A program made the position numbers and the translations under genes. A stretch of 64,000 bases of DNA, taken from NCBI GenBank assembly GCA_045615365.1, contig JAZLEQ010000018.1:14350-78349 (forward strand). Direction: 5' to 3'. Positions 8,429-18,409 of this stretch are shown piece by piece (position 1 is the stretch's first letter; each line of letters starts with the position of its first letter). This DNA is from Alphaproteobacteria bacterium (GTDB lineage Bacteria > Pseudomonadota > Alphaproteobacteria > RF32 > CAG-239). Under the pieces are notes generated by a model. The model was not told the DNA's origin and ran no database searches. It saw only the letters and a program-made list of their open reading frames with translations.

Positions 8429-9604
8429 TTAAACATAAGTTACACTTATTTCTTTCAAAAATTTGCTTTGTAAAATCCTAAAAATCTTTTTAACAATATT
8501 TCTGCGAATGTCAAGCTCCATTGGTAAATTCGGATCCTGATGCGCCTCATTTATTTTAGTCCCGATAACAAAATCAATCCGATCCGAATCTAAAAGAAGC
8601 TTTGTCAGCCTTGTCGCTGCATTATCTTTCACAAGCTCAACATCATCTCTGAGCATTCTGTATACTTCACTTAAAGTGATAATTCCTTCCGTAACCAAAT
8701 CAATCCCCGGCATAATTGAAGCCATCGGAATTTCAGGATCAAACGATGTCTTGTCCATCTCACATTTCAAACACAACTCGCGTTCTATGATATTTGCCGT
8801 TGTTCCGCCGCAAATTGCTGTTTTTCCGTCATAATAATCTATCATCTCTGCAATTTTTTTGTCTTTTTCTTCATCAAACGGCGGGCCGCTTAAAAGCAAC
8901 AACTTGCGCGGGTTTCTATAATAAATTACCGTGCAACTTATATCATCTCCTGCTTTTTCGTCAGGTTCTTTAGACAATGCTTCATGCACAATAGCTTCCG
9001 CCAATTCTCTTGCCGAAATGTTAGGATGTCTTCTTATCTGATTTTCAACAAACTTCCAAACACCATCTCTTTGCCACCCCAACGGATATTTCGGATTTCC
9101 GATTCCTGCCTGAGTAACTCCGTCCGACATTATAATAATTCGGTCTTCTTCTTTTGCCTGAAAATGATAAACATCAATAATTCGATCCTTCCAACTTGGA
9201 GCCGTAATTTCATGATGAGCAACCTTCAATTCCTTATTATCTCGCACAATAAAACAGGCCGGATTGTCCATTTCATAAATTCTGGTCTTTCCTTCCAACA
9301 TTGCATCAACAATGGAAAAGGTTGCATAGCTTATTTTTCTCACCTGACAAATCGGCAATGCCTGCATCATCACTTCAGCCGAACGAACTAAGTCCAAATC
9401 ACTCTCAATAAATTTCAAGGCCATTCTTGTTGTCATCGACGACAAAATATTTGCCTTCACTCCGCTTCCCAAACCATCAGACAAAACCGAAATAATTCTT
9501 TGTTCTTCCGGCAATTTTTTGGAAACGATATCATCCCCGAAACAATTTTCTGAGTATTTATGTTCCTGATGTGTCCCAATCTCAATAAACAACGACCCGT
9601 TCAT
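8429..9604 (-). CDS. PP2C/SpoIIE-family serine phosphatase
   Basis: 391 aa with metal-binding Asp motifs in VLSDGLGSGVKANILS and IIIMSDGVTQAG. Sits between the two hydrogenase homologs. Confidence 0.75.
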   Translation of the reverse strand: MNGSLFIEIGTHQEHKYSENCFGDDIVSKKLPEEQRIISVLSDGLGSGVKANILSSMTTRMALKFIESDLDLVRSAEVMMQALPICQVRKISYATFSIVDAMLEGKTRIYEMDNPACFIVRDNKELKVAHHEITAPSWKDRIIDVYHFQAKEEDRIIIMSDGVTQAGIGNPKYPLGWQRDGVWKFVENQIRRHPNISARELAEAIVHEALSKEPDEKAGDDISCTVIYYRNPRKLLLLSGPPFDEEKDKKIAEMIDYYDGKTAICGGTTANIIERELCLKCEMDKTSFDPEIPMASIMPGIDLVTEGIITLSEVYRMLRDDVELVKDNAATRLTKLLLDSDRIDFVIGTKINEAHQDPNLPMELDIRRNIVKKIFRILQSKFLKEISVTYV

Positions 9605-9607
9605 ATG

Positions 9608-11365
9608 CTACCCACCTCGTCTGTTGCGAATGGTTACTTTGGGTTTGTTTTCATCATCCGATGCATAATCCTTTGCAATCGAGCGCAATAAAACTTCGGT
9701 TTCTGCCATATGTTCCCCTAATGTGCATGCTATTTGTTGCACTGTAGCCAAGTTCTTTTCTATTACTTCTTTGGCTTTTTCGGCAATTTTCTCACGTTTA
9801 ATTTCCACATTGGTAACATCTTCAATCACCCCACCGACAACTTGTTTTTTCTCAATGTTAAACACCATAACATCAAAAACTCTATTATGATGATGAGCAT
9901 TTTCTCTCTTAACATCTTCACCCAATTCAAGCGATGCTGAGAACAAATTGGTAAAATCAATAAAATCACGCAGATTTGCCCCTATTAAATTATTCATATC
10001 ATACAAATCTTTGTGTTCTTCATCACGCCAAAATGTTTTTACAAATTGTTCATTATATTCAATAATTTCCAAAGATGAATTAACAATAACAATCGAAGAC
10101 GGAATACACTTCAGCAAAGCATTGGCTTTCCTTTGAGCCTGATGCTTAATATGTGAAACACACATATCTATTTCAGCTTTGCCCTCTAGAATTGCTTCGG
10201 CAAATTTTCTACATTTATCATACCCGCAAGCATTACAATTAATTTCATCATCTTCCGTATATTTTCCAAGACTAATCAAAACCTTTCTGATTTCGGCTTC
10301 ATCAAAAACCTTTTTCTCAATTTTATTTTCAACATATTTACAATCTACTGTTTCTTCATATTCTTTTTTAATATTTTTCTTAAGCTTAGGCACATCATTT
10401 AATACTCTTGCCCGCTTTTCAAAACCCGACTTATGATTTCTCGTGCAAGGTCCGTTCACACACCCTCCTTCACAAGCCAAAGCCTCAATAAACACCGGTT
10501 TATTGGGTTGGGTTCCTTTAATATCATTCAATTCTCTGGTCACATTTTCCAAACCGGTCAACTGCATCATATAAACATTATCAGTTTTTCCATATGCTCT
10601 GATTGTTTCAATCATACCTCCTTCAATCGGATAATATCTTCCTTCTTCCGCTCTTTTATACACGAAATCAATACCTTTTTCAGGTTCAATAGTATGATAA
10701 TTAATTCCCGCCTCTCTAAACCATCTGCGTAAATCTCTGAATGAAATACTCAAATTCATAATTTTTGAGTTCCTGTCAGCTTCAAGTTTCTTGGCAATAC
10801 AAGGACCTACAAACACAATCTTAATGTCTTCCCCCAAGCTTTTACGCATCAACTTACAGTGAGCCAACACCGGCGACATTACCGGTGTCAAATTAGGATT
10901 AAGTTCCGGCATATATTTGTTAACATATTCCACAACCGCCGGACATGCAGTCGATATATGTATTCCGCTCTTTTGCTTACTCAAAAATTCCGCCAAATGA
11001 AGCGAAACTTCTTCGGCCCCCAAGGCAGTCTCACTCACTCCTGCGAACCCGAGCTTTTCAATAGCTGTAAGCAGTTGTTCTTTTGTCACATTATCAAATT
11101 CGGCAATCCACGACGGTGCAAGCGATACATAAACCTTTTCACCGGCAGCGATTAAATGTTTTGCTCGTGTAACATCATCTCTGTCTTGCTTTGCTCTAAC
11201 CGGACAAGTTTTATAACATTTTCCGCAAACCACACACAATTCCGGAACAATCTGTGCAGAATTATCTTCAATTTTAATAGCCTTAACCGGACACCTGCGC
11301 ACACATTTATAACAATCCTGACAATCATTTTTAATTGTAAATAAAGGATGTTCACGACTGGACAT
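9608..11365 (-). CDS. Sensory-type [FeFe]-hydrogenase homolog with C-terminal Cys4 motif and PAS domain (HydS-like)
   Basis: Two N-terminal 4Fe-4S motifs (CQDCYKCVRRCP, CVVCGKCYKTCP). The H-domain has an altered L1 ISTACPAVV (first Cys of TSCCP is Ala), L2 VGPCIAKKLEA and L3 EALACEGGCVNGP. These are followed by CNACGYDKCRKF...C and a PAS-like C-terminus. Confidence 0.8.
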   Translation of the reverse strand: MSSREHPLFTIKNDCQDCYKCVRRCPVKAIKIEDNSAQIVPELCVVCGKCYKTCPVRAKQDRDDVTRAKHLIAAGEKVYVSLAPSWIAEFDNVTKEQLLTAIEKLGFAGVSETALGAEEVSLHLAEFLSKQKSGIHISTACPAVVEYVNKYMPELNPNLTPVMSPVLAHCKLMRKSLGEDIKIVFVGPCIAKKLEADRNSKIMNLSISFRDLRRWFREAGINYHTIEPEKGIDFVYKRAEEGRYYPIEGGMIETIRAYGKTDNVYMMQLTGLENVTRELNDIKGTQPNKPVFIEALACEGGCVNGPCTRNHKSGFEKRARVLNDVPKLKKNIKKEYEETVDCKYVENKIEKKVFDEAEIRKVLISLGKYTEDDEINCNACGYDKCRKFAEAILEGKAEIDMCVSHIKHQAQRKANALLKCIPSSIVIVNSSLEIIEYNEQFVKTFWRDEEHKDLYDMNNLIGANLRDFIDFTNLFSASLELGEDVKRENAHHHNRVFDVMVFNIEKKQVVGGVIEDVTNVEIKREKIAEKAKEVIEKNLATVQQIACTLGEHMAETEVLLRSIAKDYASDDENKPKVTIRNRRGG

Positions 11366-11614
11366 TTATTCTTTCTCCTTAAAATTCTTATCAAGAATGT
11401 CAACCAAAGTTCCTGCATCAACATTATTATATTCAACACCGTCAATAGTGATATTGGGGCCTTTTGAACAAAAATTACAACATCTCAAACCGGTCAACTC
11501 AATTTCAGCATCCAAATTATTATCCTTAATATATTCTGAAATAATTTGCAGATTTTTATTATTTCCTCTGGCGAAACAAGAACTTCCCATACAGATTTGA
11601 ATTGTTTTTGTCAT
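11366..11614 (-). CDS. Thioredoxin-like [2Fe-2S] ferredoxin
   Basis: 82 aa with Cys pattern CMGSSC ... CCNFC. GGAGA lies 10 nt upstream of the ATG. Stop abuts the HydS-like start. Confidence 0.7.
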   Translation of the reverse strand: MTKTIQICMGSSCFARGNNKNLQIISEYIKDNNLDAEIELTGLRCCNFCSKGPNITIDGVEYNNVDAGTLVDILDKNFKEKE

Positions 11615-11637
11615 AAGCCCCTATCTCCTTGTCAAAC

Positions 11638-14235
11638 TTATTTTGTTATTCCGTTATAAGCATTCAAATATATTTGCTTAATATCTTCCATCAACGGATA
11701 AACGGGATTTGCACCTGTGCATTGATCATCGAAGGCATTTTCCACCAACCAATCAAGCTTAGCTTCAAAATCCTTTTTGCTAATCCCGTATTCCTTAATT
11801 GATGCCGGAATTTCAATTTCTTTTTTCAATTTTTCATTAGCATCAATTAAAGCATCAATTTGCTCATCTTCAGTCTTACCTTTAAGGTTCAGATTCTTAG
11901 CAATTTGCGCATAACGTTTCTTAGCTTCTGGCATTTTATACTGTGGGAAAATTGCCTGTTTACGAGGACAATCTGTTGCATTATATCTGATAATTTGCGA
12001 AATCAACAACGCATTGGCAACTCCGTGCGGAATATTAAATGCCGCTCCCATTTTATGAGCCATTGAATGGCACAATCCCAAAAATGAGTTGGCAAAAGCC
12101 ATACCGGCAATTGTTGCTGCGTGGTGCATTTTTTCTCTGGCTTTCGGATCATTAACACCTTCTTTATACGAACGCGGTAAATATCTGAAAACTTGTTTAA
12201 TAGCTTCCAAAGCAGCCGAATTTGTGAAGTTTGTAGCCATAACCGAAACATATGCTTCAATAGCATGAACCAAAGCATCCACACCACCGGCTGCAGTCAA
12301 AGACTTCGGCATATTATCAACAAAGTTAGCATCAATAATTGCCATATTAGGTGTTAAAGCATAATCTGCTATTGCATACTTCACATGAGTTTCATCATCC
12401 GTAATAACTGCAAAAGGTGTAACCTCCGAACCGGTTCCTGAAGTAGTCGGAATCGCAACCATTGTTGCTTTTTTACCCAAATCACCTATTGTGCAAATAC
12501 GTTTTCTGATATCCATAAATCTCATTGCCAAATCTTCAAACTCAATTTCAGGCATTTCATACTTCAACCACATAATTTTTGCGGCATCCATCGGCGAACC
12601 GCCACCAAATGAAATAAACACATCAGGCTTAAACACCTTAATCATCATTAAAGCTTCTTCAATGGTAGAAATCATCGGATCCGGTTTAACATCGAAGAAA
12701 ATCTGATATTCAATATCCATTTCTTCTAAAACATTAGTAATTGAATTAACCATTCCCGAATCAAACAAATACCTGTCTGTAACAATAAAAGCTCTCTTTT
12801 TACCTTCAAGTTCTCTCAAAGCCGCATCGGTTGCACCGCGTTTGAAATAAATTTTCGGCGGCACTCTAAACCACAACATATTTTCTCTCCTTTCGGCAAC
12901 AGTCTTATAATTCAACAAATGTTTAACACCAACGTTTTCACTAACGGAGTTTCCACCCCAAGAACCGCATCCCAGTGTTAAAGACGGTTCCAATTTAAAG
13001 TTGAACAAATCCCCTATTCCGCCTTGCGATGATGGAGAATTAATCAACAATCTGCCTGTAGGCAACTTTTTAGCGAAATAATCAACTCGTTCTTGACTTC
13101 TTGTATCTGTATACAAAACCGAAGTATGTCCCATACCGCCAAGCTCAACCAAAGCCAAAGCTTTTTCAACGGCATCATCAAATTTATCAGCTTTATACAA
13201 AGTTAAAATTGGTGACAATTTTTCATGTGCAAACGGGTTTTCAATTCCTGTAGATTCTTGCTCAGACAACAAAACCTTTGTTCTTTCGGGGACAGCAATT
13301 CCTGCTATTTTAGCTATCTTAACAGCCGGTTGTCCGACAATCTCAGGATTAACACCTTTAGGTGTTAAAATAATTTTTGCCAATTTATCAGATTCTTTTT
13401 TATCCAGCAAATATGCGCCACGATGAACAAATTCAGCCTTAACTTTTTCATAAACACTCTTAACCGCAATAACAGACTGTTCTGAAGCACAAATCATACC
13501 GTTATCAAAAGTTTTTGACATCAATATATATGAAACAGCCATACCGACATCTGCCGTTTCATCAATAACTGCAGGAGTATTACCGGCACCCACACCCAAC
13601 GCAGGCTTGCCTGAAGAATATGCAGCTTTAACCATTCCCGGCCCACCTGTTGCTAAAATTCCGTTAACAAAAGGATGTTTTAATAACAAGTCAGTCATTT
13701 CCAAAGACGGTTCATCAATCCATCCTATAATTCCTTCGGGAGCGCCGGCTTTAACCGCAGCTTCATAAACAACCTTAGCCGCTTCTATCGTAGAATTTTT
13801 TGCTCTCGGATGCGGTGAAAAAATAATTGCATTTCTTGTTTTCAAAGAAATCAAAGATTTAAAAATGGCCGTTGAGGTCGGGTTTGTTGTTGGAATAACT
13901 CCGGCAATAACCCCCAATGGTTCTGCAACAATCTTAACACCGTTTGTTTTGTCCGAACTTATAATTCCGCAAGTTTTTTCATTTTTATATTTATTATAAA
14001 TATATTCGGAAGCAAAGTGATTTTTAATAATTTTATCTTCCACAACCCCCATTTCTGTCTCATTAGCAGCCATTTTTGCTAAAGGAATACGAGCCTTATC
14101 TGCAGCTGTTGCCGCAGCTTTGAAGATTTTATTCACCTTATCCTGATCAAACGTCGCAAAAACTCTTTGAGCTTCTTTAACTTTTTTTATCAGTTTTTCC
14201 AAGTCCTTAACCGATTTGACAACTTCATATTTCAT
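11638..14235 (-). CDS. adhE: Bifunctional acetaldehyde-CoA/alcohol dehydrogenase
   Basis: About 865 aa: an N-terminal aldehyde dehydrogenase domain (catalytic Cys in NGMICASEQS) plus a C-terminal iron-type ADH (GGGSPMDAAK and His-rich region). Start chosen at ATG 14235 (GAGG 6 nt upstream). The ORF-track ATG at 14247 overlaps that SD. Confidence 0.93.
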   Translation of the reverse strand: MKYEVVKSVKDLEKLIKKVKEAQRVFATFDQDKVNKIFKAAATAADKARIPLAKMAANETEMGVVEDKIIKNHFASEYIYNKYKNEKTCGIISSDKTNGVKIVAEPLGVIAGVIPTTNPTSTAIFKSLISLKTRNAIIFSPHPRAKNSTIEAAKVVYEAAVKAGAPEGIIGWIDEPSLEMTDLLLKHPFVNGILATGGPGMVKAAYSSGKPALGVGAGNTPAVIDETADVGMAVSYILMSKTFDNGMICASEQSVIAVKSVYEKVKAEFVHRGAYLLDKKESDKLAKIILTPKGVNPEIVGQPAVKIAKIAGIAVPERTKVLLSEQESTGIENPFAHEKLSPILTLYKADKFDDAVEKALALVELGGMGHTSVLYTDTRSQERVDYFAKKLPTGRLLINSPSSQGGIGDLFNFKLEPSLTLGCGSWGGNSVSENVGVKHLLNYKTVAERRENMLWFRVPPKIYFKRGATDAALRELEGKKRAFIVTDRYLFDSGMVNSITNVLEEMDIEYQIFFDVKPDPMISTIEEALMMIKVFKPDVFISFGGGSPMDAAKIMWLKYEMPEIEFEDLAMRFMDIRKRICTIGDLGKKATMVAIPTTSGTGSEVTPFAVITDDETHVKYAIADYALTPNMAIIDANFVDNMPKSLTAAGGVDALVHAIEAYVSVMATNFTNSAALEAIKQVFRYLPRSYKEGVNDPKAREKMHHAATIAGMAFANSFLGLCHSMAHKMGAAFNIPHGVANALLISQIIRYNATDCPRKQAIFPQYKMPEAKKRYAQIAKNLNLKGKTEDEQIDALIDANEKLKKEIEIPASIKEYGISKKDFEAKLDWLVENAFDDQCTGANPVYPLMEDIKQIYLNAYNGITK

Positions 14236-14260
14236 TTTTTTCCTCATTTTTTTAACAAAA

Positions 14261-16039
14261 TTATTTCAGCTGAGATTGATACAATGACGCATAAATTGAA
14301 TTTTTCTTATTCAATAGTTCATCATGCGTTCCCAACTCAACCAATTCTCCATAATTAATAACTGCAATTTTATCAGCATTTCGAACTGTTGACAAACGGT
14401 GAGCAATAATAAACACCGTTCTGTCTTTCATCAGATTTTCAACAGCCTTTTGAACGACTGCCTCCGATTTATTATCCAATGCCGAAGTAGCTTCATCCAA
14501 AATTACAATAGGAGCATTTTTCAAAAATGCCCTTGCTATGGCAATTCTTTGTTTCTGTCCGCCCGATAACAACGAACCTCTTTCGCCGATAACCGTATCC
14601 AATCCCTTATCCAAACCCGAAACAAATTCTTCCAAACAAGCATTCTTAATTGCCTCATTGATTTCTTCATCGGTTGCATCTTTTTTACCGAGTAAAATAT
14701 TATCCCTTATTGTTCCGGAAAACAAAAAATTATCCTGAAAAACAACTGCAATATTTTCACGTAACGAATCTATTTTCAAATCTCTGACATCAACTCCGTC
14801 AAACAACAACTCTCCAGACTTTATATCGTAGAATCTTGGCAGAAGATTAACCATTGTTGTTTTCCCGCCTCCGGAATTTCCAACAAAAGCAACCGTTTCA
14901 CCTTTATTAATCTTCAAGCTTATATTTTTCAAAATCGGTTTACCTTTAACATACTCGAAGCAAACATTTTTGTATTCTATACCCTTTTGTAAACGTTTTA
15001 AGTCTTTGGCACCTTTTTTGTCTTTAATTGCCGGCAATTTATCCATCAACTCAAAAACCCTATCCATAGCCAACAGTGCCATTTGCACCGCATTATAATT
15101 ATTTCCGATTGCTTTAATAGGGGTATAAAGCATAATCAAAGCGGCAATAAACGATACGAAATTACCCGGAGTAATTTCTTGAGTAACAATCAAATAGCTT
15201 CCGAGCCAAATAACACCTGCAATTCCCAACGAAACAATAAAATGCATCATTGGCGAGAGAAGCCCCGTTCTCTGTATCATCTTCACACCGAGCTTAAAAC
15301 ATTGTTGCAAAGTATTTGCAAACTTATCTCCTTGATAATCATACAAATTATACGAACTTATTATTCTATTACCACTGAAAGTCTCATTAAAATGCGTAAC
15401 TACGGAAGAACCGGAAAACACGGTCTTATCCATAATTCCTTTAATTTTTTTCTTAACCTTTGTCAACGGATATAATGCTGCACCCAAAACAACAACGGCA
15501 ACAATAGCTAATTGCCACGAGTTATAAAACAGCACACAGATTAATGAAATAGAAGAAAACAATCTGGTTGTAAACAACTTCAGATTAGTCAACAATCCGC
15601 TGCAACTCAAATCAACATCATTATTAAAACGATAAACAATATCTCCTGAATGAGATGAATCAAAATAAGAAGCATCATAACGCAACAATTTTTTATACAA
15701 ATCAAGTTTCAATGCCATTGCAACCTTTTGCCCGACCCAAGTATTCAAATATGTTGCCGTATAATTAAACACACTTTGCAGCAGTGTAAAAAATATAATC
15801 AACAACGGAATATATGCTGTATAACTGGCTCCTTTTTCAACCATAACAATATCCATATATGGTTTCAAAGCCCAAGCAATAACTGCATCCATAGCACCGA
15901 TAGGAATTGTTATAACCAATGCCAAAACAGCCCTGAACCAAAATGGTTTCACATAAATCCACATTTTAGAATAATTACTTATCAGATTAGATTTTTTAAT
16001 ATTTTCTTTAATTTTATTAAACATACACATTTCCGCCAT
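14261..16039 (-). CDS. ABC exporter, fused permease/ATPase (MsbA/lipid-export-like)
   Basis: 592 aa: N-terminal 6-TM domain, Walker A GNSGGGKTT, signature LSGGQKQR, Walker B ILDEATSALD. Confidence 0.85.
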   Translation of the reverse strand: MAEMCMFNKIKENIKKSNLISNYSKMWIYVKPFWFRAVLALVITIPIGAMDAVIAWALKPYMDIVMVEKGASYTAYIPLLIIFFTLLQSVFNYTATYLNTWVGQKVAMALKLDLYKKLLRYDASYFDSSHSGDIVYRFNNDVDLSCSGLLTNLKLFTTRLFSSISLICVLFYNSWQLAIVAVVVLGAALYPLTKVKKKIKGIMDKTVFSGSSVVTHFNETFSGNRIISSYNLYDYQGDKFANTLQQCFKLGVKMIQRTGLLSPMMHFIVSLGIAGVIWLGSYLIVTQEITPGNFVSFIAALIMLYTPIKAIGNNYNAVQMALLAMDRVFELMDKLPAIKDKKGAKDLKRLQKGIEYKNVCFEYVKGKPILKNISLKINKGETVAFVGNSGGGKTTMVNLLPRFYDIKSGELLFDGVDVRDLKIDSLRENIAVVFQDNFLFSGTIRDNILLGKKDATDEEINEAIKNACLEEFVSGLDKGLDTVIGERGSLLSGGQKQRIAIARAFLKNAPIVILDEATSALDNKSEAVVQKAVENLMKDRTVFIIAHRLSTVRNADKIAVINYGELVELGTHDELLNKKNSIYASLYQSQLK

Positions 16040-16116
16040 AATATTGAATAATTCTTCAATAATTTATGGCAATTTTATCATAATTGCAAATTATTTTTCC
16101 TCAGATATACACATTA

Positions 16117-17415
16117 TCACCAATACAACCCGAAAGCACAATATTTTCCTTTAACCGATCTCAACTTAATCTTTATTCCCAAACCTAAACCCATTTCTCT
16201 TACAATTCTCAACCCCTTTCCACATCTCTCACCTCTCAATTCCTTACATAAATCTCCGGAACTTTCAAAAATATCATCGTAGCTTTTCACACTAAGCCCA
16301 CACCCGTCATCAGCTATCCATATTGATTTTCCTGTATTTTTCACACACACTTTGGTTTTAGCGAATTTAAATGAATTTTGTAACAAATTAAAAATGAGTC
16401 TTTCCAACATCCATCGGTTCATTTTTACAATCGCATATTGTGATTTAACTTCAAATTTCAAATTTGAATTTTCGGCCAAAATTGCATAATTTTTTGCAAT
16501 TTCAACAATAAATTTCCCCAAATCAAATTCCTTTTCACCATCTGCATCTAACGAGTTTATTTCAAGCAAAACACTAATGTTTTGCAAAATATTTTCCATA
16601 ATTTCCCCATCTGTTTCATTTTTCTTTTTAACTTTTTCTGCTTGTAGTTTTAATAATTGTAAATAATGTTTCAAATCGTGTAAAATTTTTTCATTATGAA
16701 AACTCCATACCGAAATATCAGATGTAATATCCTGAAAAATTCCGACAATTTTTGTTTCTCCGTTTTCAAACATATAATCCGCAAAAAATTTACATATTTT
16801 AATATTGTTATTTTGCGTAATTATTCTTATTTGTCCTTGAATTTTTTTCTTATTTTTTAATAACTTTGCAAGTTCGTTTTTATAAATAAACAAATCTTTG
16901 TAATAAATGTGTTTTTTAATAAAATTTGTATTTGTCTTTTTGTTGTCTTCATCAATTTCAAATATTTTATAAACCCCATCTGACCAATAAAATCGTCTCT
17001 TATCAACATCCAGCTCCCAAAAACCTGTTTCTGTCAGACTTTCAATAAATTTATTTCTTAAATTACACTTATGCAAAAGATGAGCCTGTTGCCTTTTTTC
17101 TGTTATGTCACTAAGAGACAACCAAACACTGGAATCTTGCGGATATACATAAATCAGATAAAAACGTCCCTGATAAATCCAATAAAAATGGTGCGGATAT
17201 TGTTGATAAAAAGACATATCAATATTTTGTTTTAATACATCATACTTATTTTCAGACAATACATTATTTATCGGTTCAAATTTTTTTATCCCCGCAAAAA
17301 CACAAGCCGCCTTATCATTAAAAAACAATACCTCACCGGATTTTGCAATCTCGATCATAATATTATCAGATATATTAGCGACAAAATCTGTCGAAAATAA
17401 ATTTGTTGTCTGCAT
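16117..17415 (-). CDS. Soluble PAS-domain sensor histidine kinase (no TM segment, no adjacent response regulator)
   Basis: H-box HDLKHYLQLL, N-box LIFNLLQNSFKF, G-boxes IADDGCGL and GKGLRIV. The N-terminal two thirds are PAS-like. Start re-called to ATG 17415; the track start is TTG 17433, overlapping the upstream stop. Confidence 0.7.
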   Translation of the reverse strand: MQTTNLFSTDFVANISDNIMIEIAKSGEVLFFNDKAACVFAGIKKFEPINNVLSENKYDVLKQNIDMSFYQQYPHHFYWIYQGRFYLIYVYPQDSSVWLSLSDITEKRQQAHLLHKCNLRNKFIESLTETGFWELDVDKRRFYWSDGVYKIFEIDEDNKKTNTNFIKKHIYYKDLFIYKNELAKLLKNKKKIQGQIRIITQNNNIKICKFFADYMFENGETKIVGIFQDITSDISVWSFHNEKILHDLKHYLQLLKLQAEKVKKKNETDGEIMENILQNISVLLEINSLDADGEKEFDLGKFIVEIAKNYAILAENSNLKFEVKSQYAIVKMNRWMLERLIFNLLQNSFKFAKTKVCVKNTGKSIWIADDGCGLSVKSYDDIFESSGDLCKELRGERCGKGLRIVREMGLGLGIKIKLRSVKGKYCAFGLYW

Positions 17416-17429
17416 ATCACCCAAAACAA

Positions 17430-18398
17430 TCAAAACAATCGAAAATATCTTAAAATATGTCCCTGTTCCGATGAAATTTTAAAATACTTTCCGTTATATA
17501 AAAAACTGTTGTCTTTTATATAATCCTTCACCATTGTTTTTGGTAGTAGAGTTGTCAATAATTTTATGTTTATCCATACTTCTTTGTTTTTCAAAACAAA
17601 AACTTCAGCTTCAATTTTTAATCCGTCATAAGATATAAGCTCAACTTTTCTTTTTAATTCAATTTCTGCAATTTTTTCAAAATTATCTTTATCCGCAACA
17701 TCATATATAAAAATATTACTAAAAACATTCAACAACGGATCTGCAACAATTTTCTTTCCGTTCTGGTCTGAAAAAATCTTCTCTCCTCTTTTTCTCTGCA
17801 CCTTTTTTTCGTCAATAGCCACATATTCCATAGAAGAAGGTTCAACACTAAAAACAGGTGCCGGCAACCAACCTTTAACATCAACGGGTATTTCAAAATA
17901 ATTGTCTGTAATCCATATATATTTATCTTTAAAATTTTTGGCAAAAAAGTATTTGTCATCAACATTTTTTCGCCCCAAAATTATTTCATCCAAAAGTTTT
18001 TCATCAGCATAGGTCTGAATTAACATGCCGGAATTTTCTTTATCGGTAAGCGGATTATTCAAAAAATTATTTTGCACATCACCTTCAGTCAACGGCATTT
18101 TAACCATATAAACGGAATTATTAAAAAACGTCAATAATTTGTGAATTTTAGAAAAATCTGCATAATACTTTGTTGATGAATTTATCATCCAATATTTATC
18201 CTTATAAATCAACTCGATAACATCATCCGCCGTAATAATTTTTATTTTATCCAGAACCAATCCGTCATTATAAGTATTCGCAAAAACTAGCGCCCCTTGC
18301 AACTTAGAATTATTCTTCCAAGCCGAAAAATAAAACAACATCACGACAAAAAACAAACAAAAACAAGCAACAGCAAGAAACAACAGATGTTTTTTCAT
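17430..18398 (-). CDS. Membrane-anchored protein, DUF4340-like by context
   Basis: 322 aa with an N-terminal TM helix (LLFLAVACFCLFFVVMLFYF). It lies directly after the GldG-like gene, where I recall DUF4340 proteins usually occurring. The family call is not verified from sequence. Confidence 0.4.
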   Translation of the reverse strand: MKKHLLFLAVACFCLFFVVMLFYFSAWKNNSKLQGALVFANTYNDGLVLDKIKIITADDVIELIYKDKYWMINSSTKYYADFSKIHKLLTFFNNSVYMVKMPLTEGDVQNNFLNNPLTDKENSGMLIQTYADEKLLDEIILGRKNVDDKYFFAKNFKDKYIWITDNYFEIPVDVKGWLPAPVFSVEPSSMEYVAIDEKKVQRKRGEKIFSDQNGKKIVADPLLNVFSNIFIYDVADKDNFEKIAEIELKRKVELISYDGLKIEAEVFVLKNKEVWINIKLLTTLLPKTMVKDYIKDNSFLYNGKYFKISSEQGHILRYFRLF

Positions 18399-18409
18399 AA
18401 TTCATTTCC

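Noticed and set aside
14236-14247. Upstream ATG of adhE (MRKKMKYE...)
   Set aside because: The GAGG that would serve as SD for ATG 14235 overlaps this codon, and nothing SD-like precedes 14247. The shorter form is preferred, but the difference is only 4 codons.
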